Source: a virus
Lineage: Duplodnaviria > Caudoviricetes
Strand: one strand, 5' to 3'
DNA: 37,579 nt
Virus record (IMG/VR): IMGVR_UViG_3300047505_000026
Location: 1-37,579 of that record
Part shown: piece after piece, positions 1-8,974 of the stretch
Numbering within the stretch: position 1 is the first letter of the stretch
Layout: each line of letters starts with the position of its first letter
Notes under the pieces: generated by a model
The model's database searches: none
Told to the model about the DNA's origin: nothing
Seen by the model: only the letters and a program-made list of their open reading frames with translations
Translations under genes and position numbers: made by a program

Positions 1-103
1 GGTGGAATGGCGCACATTTTACACATCACAATAGCGGAATTGCAACATTTGGCGTTCTGACTGAAGAAAAGGAAAAAGAATTTGATAGCATATAGCTTAT
101 CGA

Positions 104-171
104 CTCCGCTCCGCGCGTCTGGCTGTTTTGGTTGGCGTATGCCGGTCGGCAGCTGGACGGGCGGGGCTTTT
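104..171 (+). terminator. Long GC-rich hairpin followed by a T-run (terminator or processing stem)
   Basis: Arms ctccgctc..gtctggctgtt..tggttggc and gccggtcg..ggcagctggac..gggcgggg around loop gtat, with G-U pairs on the + strand, then ctttt. Confidence 0.4.
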
Positions 172-189
172 ATGAAAGAAGGTTAAATT

Positions 190-399
190 ATGAAAATAAA
201 AGAAATTGACTGCGAATATTATGTATTCATAACACCTAATAAAGTAACAATGACTGTTCGTCAATATCCTTATGATGGCAGATTTGAACGTAGTGATACT
301 GGCTTTTTGGGTGATAAAAACGTCCCACTGGATATTCAAAAAGCCATTTTGAAATTTCAGAAAACGAATCATATTGTTGGCGTCAACAATATGATATGA
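190..399 (+). CDS. Hypothetical protein (69 aa)
   Basis: ORF with upstream gaagg Shine-Dalgarno-like site, co-oriented with its neighbours. Confidence 0.6.
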   Translation: MKIKEIDCEYYVFITPNKVTMTVRQYPYDGRFERSDTGFLGDKNVPLDIQKAILKFQKTNHIVGVNNMI

Positions 400-414
400 A
401 AGAAAGGTGAAACT

Positions 415-720
415 ATGTACACAAAAGGAAAATGGGAAGTAAAAGAAACGTTACAAAACGATAGAGACAAAATCTTTTTTCATACCAGTATAATTTGTGG
501 CGGAATACGTGTAGCTAAATCATCTGGTATAGGTGAAGAATCTGCTATTGCCAACGCTGAGCGAATCTGCCAGTGCGTCAATAACTTTGATGAACTGCTG
601 GCAGAATGTAAAGTTGCATTAACCAGACTTCAAACAATAGAGAAGGATAAAGGAATCCACAGTTTTGAAACAATACCTGATTTACAGGCTGTTATCGCAA
701 AGGCAGAAAATCAAGGGTAG
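415..720 (+). CDS. Small phage hypothetical protein
   Basis: SD aaggtg; pattern MYTKGKW...ANAERI..CVN..DELL resembles a common small phage accessory protein type (HTPGPW...ANARLI..APELL). Confidence 0.7.
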   Translation: MYTKGKWEVKETLQNDRDKIFFHTSIICGGIRVAKSSGIGEESAIANAERICQCVNNFDELLAECKVALTRLQTIEKDKGIHSFETIPDLQAVIAKAENQG

Positions 721-903
721 TTTGTATCGGCTCGTTCTGAGTTCGTAGCTCTGAGCGGGTCCTGGAGAACGAAATTATGAGAAAATATGGATTATTTCAC
801 AATAAGGGCGTTTTTTGGCATATCTGGACTTTTCTGGCCGATTCCGATTATCGCTGGTATTGTCGGCTTGAAAAACAGATAAGCAGAAAGAGAAAATGAA
901 ACT

Positions 904-999
904 ATGAAAACTAAAAAAATAATATTTGTACGTTGTCCTTTCTGTGGTAGAAAATTCATCACAACGAATAGGCACGAACATATTAAAATTCATAAATAA
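904..999 (+). CDS. 31-aa C2H2-like zinc-finger micro-protein (not in ORF track)
   Basis: Manual translation MKTKKIIFVRCPFCGRKFITTNRHEHIKIHK*, pattern Cx2C-x3-F-x7-H-x3-H. Confidence 0.55.
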   Translation: MKTKKIIFVRCPFCGRKFITTNRHEHIKIHK

Positions 1000-1012
1000 A
1001 AGGAGGTGAATT

Positions 1013-1096
1013 ATGGTACAGTTAGCTTTAATACCCGTCCTGTGCTTAATAGCAATCGGGCTGATTTATGTACTAATTGAATCGAAAAGGAGTTGA
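1013..1096 (+). CDS. 27-aa single-transmembrane peptide (not in ORF track)
   Basis: Perfect SD aaggaggt; MVQLALIPVLCLIAIGLIYVLIESKRS*. Confidence 0.65.
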   Translation: MVQLALIPVLCLIAIGLIYVLIESKRS

Positions 1097-1100
1097 CTTT

Positions 1101-1223
1101 ATGGACTACTACGAGCAAAAGCATATCGAACACGAGGAGCTTGTCGAATGCTTAGGATATTTGACGATTGCTTTGATTGTGCTGGCCGTTGTTTTCGGTT
1201 TATATGACTGGCTGATACATTAA
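1101..1223 (+). CDS. 40-aa single-transmembrane protein (not in ORF track)
   Basis: SD aaggag; MDYYEQKHIEHEELVECLGYLTIALIVLAVVFGLYDWLIH*. Confidence 0.6.
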   Translation: MDYYEQKHIEHEELVECLGYLTIALIVLAVVFGLYDWLIH

Positions 1224-1242
1224 CACGATTCATTGTTTGCGT

Positions 1243-1289
1243 TGGCCGGTGAGTACGGCTGCACAATCCCGAAAGCCGGCCATATTTTT
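1243..1289 (+). terminator. Possible weak intrinsic terminator
   Basis: tggccgg...ccggcca stem with a large loop, followed by tattttt. Confidence 0.3.
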
Positions 1290-1306
1290 AAGAGAGGTTA
1301 AACGAT

Positions 1307-1738
1307 ATGAACAAATACAAGGCCATTGCAGGCATTATTATTTTGGGGGGTAGTTTGTTGATACCCTTCAATACCAGCTTGGCCATTGGCGCAAGCCCTA
1401 CGCAGCAGGATAGCCTCGTAAAACTACTAAAAGCCCTTGCAATAGTAGAATCCGGCAATAATCCACTTGCTTACAACAAAAAAGAAAACGCTGCCGGATT
1501 ATATCAAATCAGGCCGATTTATCTGAAAGACGTTAATCGTTTCAGCAAAGAGCAGTTCAACCTTGCCGACCGCTTCGACCCGGTGAAATCTGCAAGGATT
1601 GTGACGCTGTACCTGCAACATTATTGCCCCGGCGGTTCGCTAGAGATGATGGCAAGAGTTCACAACGGCGGACCCGCTGGCCATAAGAAGGCAGGCACTT
1701 TGAAATACTGGCTGAAAGTGAAAGTGTATTTGAAATGA
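1307..1738 (+). CDS. Lysozyme-like / lytic transglycosylase-fold protein with N-terminal signal or membrane anchor
   Basis: Motifs ALAIVES (catalytic Glu), AAGLYQI, RFDP, ARVHNGGP (i-type/destabilase-like); hydrophobic N-terminus; SD gagg. Confidence 0.8.
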   Translation: MNKYKAIAGIIILGGSLLIPFNTSLAIGASPTQQDSLVKLLKALAIVESGNNPLAYNKKENAAGLYQIRPIYLKDVNRFSKEQFNLADRFDPVKSARIVTLYLQHYCPGGSLEMMARVHNGGPAGHKKAGTLKYWLKVKVYLK

Positions 1739-1950
1739 CAACTGAAAACTTTGACTACTACCAGGCTGAGCAGGACATCAGCTATTACAAGGAAAAGATT
1801 TGGCAACTTCAAAATGCTCTTGATATGGGCGTTGACTTTGAATATCGGGCACAGTTGGAAAAATCAATCGAATTTGCTATGAACCAAATCCTGCGAATCC
1901 GGCTGGCGATGGTACTTGATGCAGAACACAATTTAACACTACTTAACTAA
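1735..1950 (+). CDS. Hypothetical protein (71 aa, helical)
   Basis: ATGA overlap with the upstream gene. Confidence 0.6.
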   Translation: MTTENFDYYQAEQDISYYKEKIWQLQNALDMGVDFEYRAQLEKSIEFAMNQILRIRLAMVLDAEHNLTLLN

Positions 1951-1963
1951 AAGGAGATTCAAA

Positions 1964-2281
1964 ATGACTAAAACACTAAACAACTACAAAGGCTTTACAA
2001 ACAGGCCGACGTGTGAAGTCTGGCACTGGATTCATGCAGACAAGGCCGAGCTTGATTGCTGGCTTGATGCTTGCGAGGATTTACAATCAGACCCAAAACA
2101 ATTAGCCAATTACATGCAGAGTAGGATTGCCTTTGAGTATGACAAGGAAGGCCTGCTCGAAGAGGCATTAACAAAGTGGGCGTTATCGCTTGTAAATTGG
2201 CGTGAATTGGCAGAACGTTTACTCAAAGAATATGAAGATTGTAATGAGCTGGATATCACAGGCTTGAGGAGGTGGGAATAA
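1964..2281 (+). CDS. Hypothetical phage protein (105 aa)
   Basis: SD aaggag; YKGFTNRPT..V..WI...VNWRELAE resembles the small YNGWTNYETW-type phage proteins. Confidence 0.7.
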   Translation: MTKTLNNYKGFTNRPTCEVWHWIHADKAELDCWLDACEDLQSDPKQLANYMQSRIAFEYDKEGLLEEALTKWALSLVNWRELAERLLKEYEDCNELDITGLRRWE

Positions 2282-2283
2282 CT

Positions 2284-3018
2284 ATGAAACAGGCAATAAT
2301 TTACACCCGCTTTTCGCCACGACCTAACGCTAAAGACTGCCTAAGCTGCGAATACCAGTTGGAGCGATGCCAAGACTTTTGCAAGTTTAAGCAACTTGAC
2401 GTATTGGCCTGCTATGAGGACAAGGCCATATCCGGAAAGAATATCACAGACCGCGAAGGATTCCGGAAGGCGCTTGCTCACGTTTTAACTTTAAAAGAGG
2501 ACGGCATATTGGTTGTTTATAACCTGTCGAGAATGGCCAGGTCAACTCTGGACGCTATAAATATCTGCCAGCGATTAAAGAGGGCTAAATGCGACCTTGC
2601 TATTGTAACTGAGCAAATTGATACCTCTACGCCGATGGGCAGGGCGTTATTCAAAATGATGGCGATTTTCCACGAGCTTACACGAGAGGCGACCTCGGAC
2701 GAGACCAGCGTAAGATTAAAGCATATGCAGTCCAAAGGTATCCGGGTATCGGACCAGACGCCATACGGCTGGATGGTGGACCCGGCCAATAGTAAGCGTA
2801 TTGTGGAGAATCCAAATGAGCAGTTGATGTTGAAATTGATACTGCGTATGCACGTCCGGGACAATCTTAACGCCTTCAGAATAACAAAAGCGCTTAATAA
2901 GCTGGGTTACAAGGCAAGAAACAACAGACCCTTTGTACATCCTCTCATATACAAAATCATCGGGCGATATGTTGGCAAGAACAAACAAATCCTAAATATT
3001 GATATTGACCTGCATTAA
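2284..3018 (+). CDS. Serine recombinase (resolvase/invertase catalytic domain plus short C-terminal DNA-binding region)
   Basis: IIYTRFS catalytic Ser motif, ISG..DREG, VYNLSRMARS, IDTSTPMGR, PYGW; SD ggagg favours the ATG at 2284. Confidence 0.9.
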   Translation: MKQAIIYTRFSPRPNAKDCLSCEYQLERCQDFCKFKQLDVLACYEDKAISGKNITDREGFRKALAHVLTLKEDGILVVYNLSRMARSTLDAINICQRLKRAKCDLAIVTEQIDTSTPMGRALFKMMAIFHELTREATSDETSVRLKHMQSKGIRVSDQTPYGWMVDPANSKRIVENPNEQLMLKLILRMHVRDNLNAFRITKALNKLGYKARNNRPFVHPLIYKIIGRYVGKNKQILNIDIDLH

Positions 3019-3026
3019 ATAAAAAA

Positions 3027-3767
3027 GGCATTAAATCACTTGACGCACCAAGAATAAAATTATGAAAGAATTACCGATAAATCAGATTATTTGTGACGAC
3101 TGCCTTGAGGTCATGCGAGACTGGCCGGATAAGTGCGTGGACTTAGTGCTGACAGACCCGCCTTGGAATTTAGGATATTTTGACAATGATAACAAACCTT
3201 GGAATGAATACGCAAAATGGCTTGATGGTGTAAAGCAAGAATGTGAACGGATAGCTAATGTGGTATGGATTTTCCAAAGTATCAAGGATGTGGCATATAC
3301 AGCACATATTTTCAAAGAATGGAGAATGTTCGCTTCAATAAAAAACTTTTGCCAAATGGTTCCTACTCAAATTCCAAATTCTTTTGATGTGGCTTTTTAT
3401 AATAATTCCGAGGGGTATCAGGGTAATGGAAGAAATTGGCATTTAGGTCAAAACTCTATTATCTCAAACAGCCAAACAGGTCATCCAACAAGCAGACCAT
3501 TAGACACTATTATTTATATACTTAATATGTATAATGCCCAAATTATTCTCGACCCCTTCTGTGGTTCAGGCACAACCTGCGTAGCGGCAAAGATGCTTGG
3601 CAGGCGGTATATTGGCATAGATATAAGCCCTGAATATTGCAAGATTGCAGAGGAAAGATTAAAGGCAGTTGATACCGGAGTTCCCGTTAAAGAAGCAAGG
3701 CAAGGACAAGGAGCGTTATTTGTATGAGAAAAAGAGTAAATTATGGTGCGTCAAGTGATTTATTACC
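3027..3767. mobile_element. Non-autonomous insertion cassette (MITE/MIC-like) carrying a DNA methyltransferase
   Basis: 24-bp terminal inverted repeats 3027-3050 (ggcattaaatcacttgacgcacca) and 3744-3767, 22/24 match; flanking 8-bp direct repeat ataaaaaa at 3019-3026 and 3768-3775; no transposase inside. Confidence 0.75.
3062..3727 (+). CDS. N4-cytosine/N6-adenine DNA methyltransferase (beta class)
   Basis: DLVLTDPPW catalytic motif, HPT, and ILDPFCGSGTT SAM-binding motif in beta order. Confidence 0.9.
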   Translation: MKELPINQIICDDCLEVMRDWPDKCVDLVLTDPPWNLGYFDNDNKPWNEYAKWLDGVKQECERIANVVWIFQSIKDVAYTAHIFKEWRMFASIKNFCQMVPTQIPNSFDVAFYNNSEGYQGNGRNWHLGQNSIISNSQTGHPTSRPLDTIIYILNMYNAQIILDPFCGSGTTCVAAKMLGRRYIGIDISPEYCKIAEERLKAVDTGVPVKEARQGQGALFV

Positions 3768-3769
3768 AT

Positions 3770-3804
3770 AAAAAAGGCCTGTTTTAACCGACAGGCCTTT
3801 TCTT
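3770..3804. terminator. Bidirectional intrinsic terminator between convergent operons
   Basis: aaaaaaggcctgt-tttaaccg-acaggccttttcttt. Confidence 0.85.
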
Positions 3805-3826
3805 TGCGCTTCAAAGTTTCCGGCTT

Positions 3827-4162
3827 TTACTCTTCTAATTCGTCCCCTTCTTCTTTGATTCTGATTAGCTCATCACGAGGCACAACGGTAATTTTGTACC
3901 CATCACAATGGAAGCTGATTTTGCCATCGACAGGCTGGATGTTAGCCTCTTTTATCAGGGTCAGAAGGATTTGCTTTTCCTCTTTTTCCTGGACGAGGGC
4001 GGCCAGTCTTTCGGTCTGAACCTCTTTGTACTTTTTGGCGTGCCGGATGATTTCCTTTGAATTTTCCGGTGCTGTGTCGATAAGCGCTCTTTGCTCGCCT
4101 TTCTTTACCTCGACCTCAGTTTGCTCAACCTCGGCGGGTTTGATTTTTCTCGGTCTTCCCAT
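3827..4162 (-). CDS. Hypothetical phage protein (111 aa)
   Basis: SD aagg; last gene of the replication operon; basic N-terminus MGRPRK. Confidence 0.7.
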   Translation of the reverse strand: MGRPRKIKPAEVEQTEVEVKKGEQRALIDTAPENSKEIIRHAKKYKEVQTERLAALVQEKEEKQILLTLIKEANIQPVDGKISFHCDGYKITVVPRDELIRIKEEGDELEE

Positions 4163-4178
4163 AATAGATTTCCTTTCG

Positions 4179-4625
4179 TTAAATGTTAAACTGTTTTCGT
4201 TTTCGCCATCCGTACTCTGCTATGAGCAAAGCATCGGCGTTGGCGTGTATAATTCTCTGTTCGGGGAATAGTTGCTGAGCCTTCTGTTTGGTAACATTTT
4301 TGTCCCCGTGGCTCTGGCAGGACAAGACCTTCTGCCAGGTCATAGGCGTAACAAACTCAAACGGTATTTTCAAGGTCGTCAGCACGCCCTGCAAGAAGCC
4401 ATATCCAACGCCAAATTTGAACGTGCTGGATACTCCCTGCTTCGGCATCGAATGTACCCGCTCGATGAAGGCAAAGACTGTCTCTCCGGCTCGCCATTCG
4501 GCAAGCGCTTCGACCACACCGGCCTGGGTAGATTTGCTAAAGCAGACAATATCTACTGACCTGTCTGGTCTTAAAAGAACCATCGCTCCGTTTGCACCCG
4601 GGTCAATCCCTATAATATTTTCCAT
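4179..4625 (-). CDS. RuvC-like Holliday junction resolvase
   Basis: IIGIDPG..GA, FIERV, FKFG..YG, VTP..WQK, ADALLIA motifs of phage RuvC-like resolvases. Confidence 0.85.
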   Translation of the reverse strand: MENIIGIDPGANGAMVLLRPDRSVDIVCFSKSTQAGVVEALAEWRAGETVFAFIERVHSMPKQGVSSTFKFGVGYGFLQGVLTTLKIPFEFVTPMTWQKVLSCQSHGDKNVTKQKAQQLFPEQRIIHANADALLIAEYGWRKRKQFNI

Positions 4626-4637
4626 AGTTACTCCTTT

Positions 4638-5972
4638 TTACATACTCCCTAAATATTCCGGTGCCATATCGGCAAACAAAGTATATTCCTCACGAAAAAC
4701 GAGCTTTGCAGTCCCACACCGGCCACGCCTGTTCTTTGATATGGTAATTTCAGCGATACCGTCAAGGTCATTCTGACTCATATCCACATCTTTCTGTTTG
4801 CGATACTGGTCTTCACGGTGAATGAATATGATTTTATCAGCGTCCTGCTCCAGCGAGCCGGAGCCCCGAAGGTCGCTTAATCTCGGCCTGTGTTCATCTC
4901 TTTTATCAACCTCACGATTCAGATGCGATATACACAGAACCGGGATATGAAATGACTGTGTGATTTTTTTAAGCTGCCTGCTAATAATGGTCAGCCGTTC
5001 GTATTCTTTTTGTACCGGCGGGCGGGTCTGCATAAGCTGGATATTATCAATACCCACTATAGTAACAGGAGAGATTCTATTTGATACCTCGATAATATCG
5101 TACATCTGCCTTGCATTTTCGACCGTCTCATAAATACTCACATTATAGCTCTGCAGTTTCTCGGCAGATTCAAGCGCACTTTCAAATTCTTTTTGCGGAA
5201 TATCAGATTCCCAGCCTTTTGAATCAATCATACTCATAGCGCAGACCGACCGCTGCATAATACTTTCAGCGCTCATCTCAAGAGAAAAGATAATACCTTT
5301 CCCGCCGCCTTTGGCTATGTTATTTATCACCTGCTGAATGAAAAGACTCTTGCCCATCCCCGGCCTGCCGGCAATCAGGACAAATTCATTTGTTAGAATC
5401 CCCCCAATGATTCGGTCAATATCACGAAAGCCGGTTTGAATCATATGCCTTTTATCGCCCATTGACATAACCGACTCTGCAGCCTCATCTTTATAACTAT
5501 GGGCGGTAACATCCGCTTCAAGCCGCAGACCCAGGGCAAGCTCCTGTATTTTTGTTACCTGTTCATTAGTATCGCCTATGCCCTCAAGCGTTTTCTGCAT
5601 TTTCTCTACTGTGTCAATCAGCTTGCGGTAATTGTAGCGGTCCCTGACTATCCTTGCATAATACAAGGCGTTGGCGGAAGATGGCACACTTTCCAAAATG
5701 CGACCGATATATTCAACTCCACCGATTGCCTCGAGTTTATTTTGTCTTTTCAATTCAGTACGCAGCATGATTGCATCGACCGGGACTTTTTTGATATGCA
5801 ATTCAATAATTGCATCGAAGATATATCTATGTGCCTCGTCATAGAACATTTCTGTCTTTGTAATCACAGCGAGGATATTCGGGATGCACTCAAGGTCAAA
5901 GAGCATCGAACCTAACAAACCAGCTTCGGCCTCGATAGACCATAATCTCTCTATATCAGGTAATTCAGTCAA
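4638..5972 (-). CDS. dnaB: Replicative DNA helicase
   Basis: N-terminal EAEAGLLG/FY..AHR.IF, Walker A AGRPGMGKS, FSLEMS, D.IQLM, SHLNREV, LSDLRGSGSLEQDAD, KNRRG. Confidence 0.95.
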   Translation of the reverse strand: MTELPDIERLWSIEAEAGLLGSMLFDLECIPNILAVITKTEMFYDEAHRYIFDAIIELHIKKVPVDAIMLRTELKRQNKLEAIGGVEYIGRILESVPSSANALYYARIVRDRYNYRKLIDTVEKMQKTLEGIGDTNEQVTKIQELALGLRLEADVTAHSYKDEAAESVMSMGDKRHMIQTGFRDIDRIIGGILTNEFVLIAGRPGMGKSLFIQQVINNIAKGGGKGIIFSLEMSAESIMQRSVCAMSMIDSKGWESDIPQKEFESALESAEKLQSYNVSIYETVENARQMYDIIEVSNRISPVTIVGIDNIQLMQTRPPVQKEYERLTIISRQLKKITQSFHIPVLCISHLNREVDKRDEHRPRLSDLRGSGSLEQDADKIIFIHREDQYRKQKDVDMSQNDLDGIAEITISKNRRGRCGTAKLVFREEYTLFADMAPEYLGSM

Positions 5973-6428
5973 TTATCCACCTCTTTTTTCGATGTCAATA
6001 TCACGGGGAGTTTTGCCGGTTCTGTTTCGCACCAGTTCCGGCGTTGCGTCTTTTTGATTATGTAATTGCCAGATTCGCATAGCGCTTTTCAATTCAATAA
6101 TGGGCAATCCGTTGCCCTGTAACCATCCCTGTTTTGAATAGTGTAAGTAAAATTCGACTGCCTGCTTCTCTGTCATGCCTACGAGATAGCCGACATCTTT
6201 GCAATTCTGCTCTGTAAAACCGGCAGGATTCGGCTTTTCCGGCAGGAGCATTGTCCCTTGCTCTAAATCATCGAGCAGTCGAATCGCTTCCGTCATTTCT
6301 GCACTGTAACCGCCTTGTGAGCCAGGCTCATTATTCAATTTACAATCATCAAATCTATACTGTGCATCACGAACAAGCCATCGCAAACTGCGCAGAATCC
6401 TTTGCCGCAACTGCGAATCAATAAGCAT
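5973..6428 (-). CDS. Replication-associated protein (initiator/helicase-loader-like C-terminus)
   Basis: Directly upstream of dnaB; FYLHYSKQGW..G..PI..LKSAMRIW resembles the C-terminal motif of phage replisome organisers. Confidence 0.55.
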   Translation of the reverse strand: MLIDSQLRQRILRSLRWLVRDAQYRFDDCKLNNEPGSQGGYSAEMTEAIRLLDDLEQGTMLLPEKPNPAGFTEQNCKDVGYLVGMTEKQAVEFYLHYSKQGWLQGNGLPIIELKSAMRIWQLHNQKDATPELVRNRTGKTPRDIDIEKRGG

Positions 6429-6455
6429 CGTTTCACTCCTTTGAACTGAATGTCA

Positions 6456-7607
6456 TCACTTTTTTATTTTTAGCAACGCACCGTTACAATATTTACATAT
6501 ACCACCTTCCGGCGCCGTTCTTTCACATCGTCCACACTTATATTGATGTTCAGGTTCCGGCTTAACTTGCGGGGGTGGCGGCTCGACAGGCATCTTAGGT
6601 TTTGTTTCTGCCTTTTTTCCTTTTACAGTCGGAGTTTCGGCCTTCTTTTTTTCAGCAGCAGGACATCTGCCATCATCTATCAACTCGGAGCGCATATGAT
6701 TGTAGTGAATGTGCATAATTTCTGGTTCGGGTGCTGTCTGAGCAGCTTCCTGTGTTGCGTCACCAGGCGGCGGCTCTTCCTTGTCTTTGAGCTTGTTCTT
6801 TATGCGGTCGGCGGTTGAGCCTTTATCTGATTCTGATTCAGGCTTCGGAAAGGCATCATCGACAGTTACGTCTTTGTCATCTAAGGCCGTTTTAATACCC
6901 GCAAGTTCAATAAGTATCTCCATTGTAATATCCTTTTCGCCGGATATTCCCAAGGCGTCCCAGACCCGCTGAGCATCAATTTTAAGACCTTTAATCCAGG
7001 CCACAACCGCTTGCCTTCGGCTGTCGAAGGTTTTAGCATCGCCCATCGCCACAATTTTTGCTTTAACAGCTAACGGCTTACATAGACTTTTAGGAACGAT
7101 TCTGAATATTGCATCACGGATAGCCTTGCTCTGGGCGGCCTTGCCAACAACTATTCGCATTCGTTCCGAGAATGGCACACCATTTTTCGTTACGGTGGAT
7201 TCAATAGCGTCCGCCCGGCAAGCTGTATTTGTTTCGAGGTCGTGAGCAACACCGATAGCCTTGATATAACGAGGATTGCCATCGTCAATAATCATCCCTT
7301 CGACACGAATATTGCCGTAACACGATGCTACAATCTCAGCCAGCCGTATGCTCTCACCCTCGGCGTACACCATTTTTGAACCTTCTTTGCCGACAGGCCT
7401 GCGATAAAGGCAGCTTGCCGCCGTAGATTCGTCCATTGTTACCATTGCCTCGGCTCTCTGGTAAAATTTCTGCATACTGCGGGGATAATTCTTGGCGGTC
7501 GAGATTTGAATGTCAATACTCGCCCTTGTCATTTGCTCGATTGCATTATGGCTCACCGCCAGAGCCTCTACGTGTTCAACCTGCTGTTCTTTTTGTTCGT
7601 CTGACAT
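6456..7607 (-). CDS. Putative recombination / ssDNA-annealing protein with C-terminal zinc ribbon
   Basis: In an operon with YqaJ nuclease and SMC-like ATPase; globular N-terminal part, charged Pro-rich linker, CGRC...CKYC. Confidence 0.55.
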   Translation of the reverse strand: MSDEQKEQQVEHVEALAVSHNAIEQMTRASIDIQISTAKNYPRSMQKFYQRAEAMVTMDESTAASCLYRRPVGKEGSKMVYAEGESIRLAEIVASCYGNIRVEGMIIDDGNPRYIKAIGVAHDLETNTACRADAIESTVTKNGVPFSERMRIVVGKAAQSKAIRDAIFRIVPKSLCKPLAVKAKIVAMGDAKTFDSRRQAVVAWIKGLKIDAQRVWDALGISGEKDITMEILIELAGIKTALDDKDVTVDDAFPKPESESDKGSTADRIKNKLKDKEEPPPGDATQEAAQTAPEPEIMHIHYNHMRSELIDDGRCPAAEKKKAETPTVKGKKAETKPKMPVEPPPPQVKPEPEHQYKCGRCERTAPEGGICKYCNGALLKIKK

Positions 7608-7732
7608 AATTACTCCTTCACTAATTTATAAAAACGGCAATGTCTTGCGCCTACCCAAGAGTTATTATGCTCGGCACCTTCCGGCTACGGACTTTACGCC
7701 ATAATAATCTTAACATTGCCTAACCACGTGAT

Positions 7733-8956
7733 TTATTCTTTCAAAGTTCCGTCAACTAACATAATTCCTGTTTCTGTGGTATCGTCCACAACTTCCTCAA
7801 ACAACTGATAATCCGCGTCCTTGACCGCCGACTCAATAGCTTTTTCCGTTGCCTCATCAAAACTATTGCCATCGACAAACATAACACGCAGATTCGGATT
7901 CATAGCAATATGAATAGCAGTTCCGATTTCGATTCTCTTGGCCTTATTGACCTGAGAGAGCGGTCTCGTGCCATACTGTGTATCGGTATAGGTGACGCCG
8001 TTATCATCTACGCCCAAGCCCGGTATCGGCATCTTCGCCTTTTGCAGAGCTTCGGACTTGGCTGTTTCCAATTCCTCAATCTGCTCAGATAAGGCTTCAT
8101 ATTCCTCGCTGTCTTTCGCCGCCTGTTTCTTGCGCTCGATATAAGCCTTATTGTCGCGGACTTTCTTATTGGTTTGCTCGGCATTATTGATTTGGGCAGT
8201 TATAGCGGCGGTATCAACAATGGTAAAAGTTTTGAGATATTTAACCGCCTTTTTGATATCTTCTTCCTCTGTTAAGATTAATTGTTTAAGTTCTTCAATT
8301 TTTCCTTCACAATTCTTGATACGTACCCTTGCCGCGTCAATATCACTACCAACCGTTTTAATTTCATTATTCAAGTCATTCGCATCCTGCAACTTTAGTG
8401 ACAATTCCGCAACACTAACTTCCTCTTTCGGCGCATCCTCATGGTGAACGCAGGCGTCACATAATGCCTTGCTCCTGTCAACCGCTCGACCGACAAGTGT
8501 TCTATCGTCCCGGACTTTCTTTATCTTTGTATCGAAATCGTCCAGCTTCACGCCCACAAGCTCAAGAAGGACCTGCCTGAGCTTCTTGGGGTCATCATCA
8601 AGCAATGCCAGCGGGTCGAAGCTGACAGGTCCCACAATATCCTTCAAAAGGCTCTGAGGCGAAGCGACCGGCTTACCTTCCTTATCTGTAACGTTCCAGT
8701 ATTCGCCGTTGGCGGTTATCTTGACGTTGATAATATAATCGTCAAGCTCAACAACAATATCGCCCTTCTTAGCCCCGTTCTTGAGCGGCTTGGCCGGCAT
8801 GGCACGCTTGCCGAGAAGCGAGAAGCGAATCGTTTCGAGAAAGTTGCTCTTGCCGGCACCGTTCTTGCCTGATACCTTGTTGACATTTTTCGCGGGACGA
8901 ACGTCAATCGCCCTTAGATTCAGCACATTATTGATTTGAAGTCTTATAATTCTCAT
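7733..8956 (-). CDS. SMC/SbcC-like ATPase with coiled coil
   Basis: Walker A GKNGAGKS near the N-terminus, long coiled coil, C-terminal Walker B VMFVDG. Confidence 0.85.
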   Translation of the reverse strand: MRIIRLQINNVLNLRAIDVRPAKNVNKVSGKNGAGKSNFLETIRFSLLGKRAMPAKPLKNGAKKGDIVVELDDYIINVKITANGEYWNVTDKEGKPVASPQSLLKDIVGPVSFDPLALLDDDPKKLRQVLLELVGVKLDDFDTKIKKVRDDRTLVGRAVDRSKALCDACVHHEDAPKEEVSVAELSLKLQDANDLNNEIKTVGSDIDAARVRIKNCEGKIEELKQLILTEEEDIKKAVKYLKTFTIVDTAAITAQINNAEQTNKKVRDNKAYIERKKQAAKDSEEYEALSEQIEELETAKSEALQKAKMPIPGLGVDDNGVTYTDTQYGTRPLSQVNKAKRIEIGTAIHIAMNPNLRVMFVDGNSFDEATEKAIESAVKDADYQLFEEVVDDTTETGIMLVDGTLKE

Positions 8957-8974
8957 TTGGTTTGGTTTCCTTTC

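Noticed and set aside
1243-1282. Hammerhead ribozyme-like core (ccggtgag ... cgaaa)
   Set aside because: The core deviates from CUGANGA at two positions and the required three stems are not apparent.
2284-3018. Serine recombinase as a large serine integrase with att sites
   Set aside because: Only ~244 aa, lacking the zinc-ribbon/coiled-coil region; no att site or host junction could be identified.
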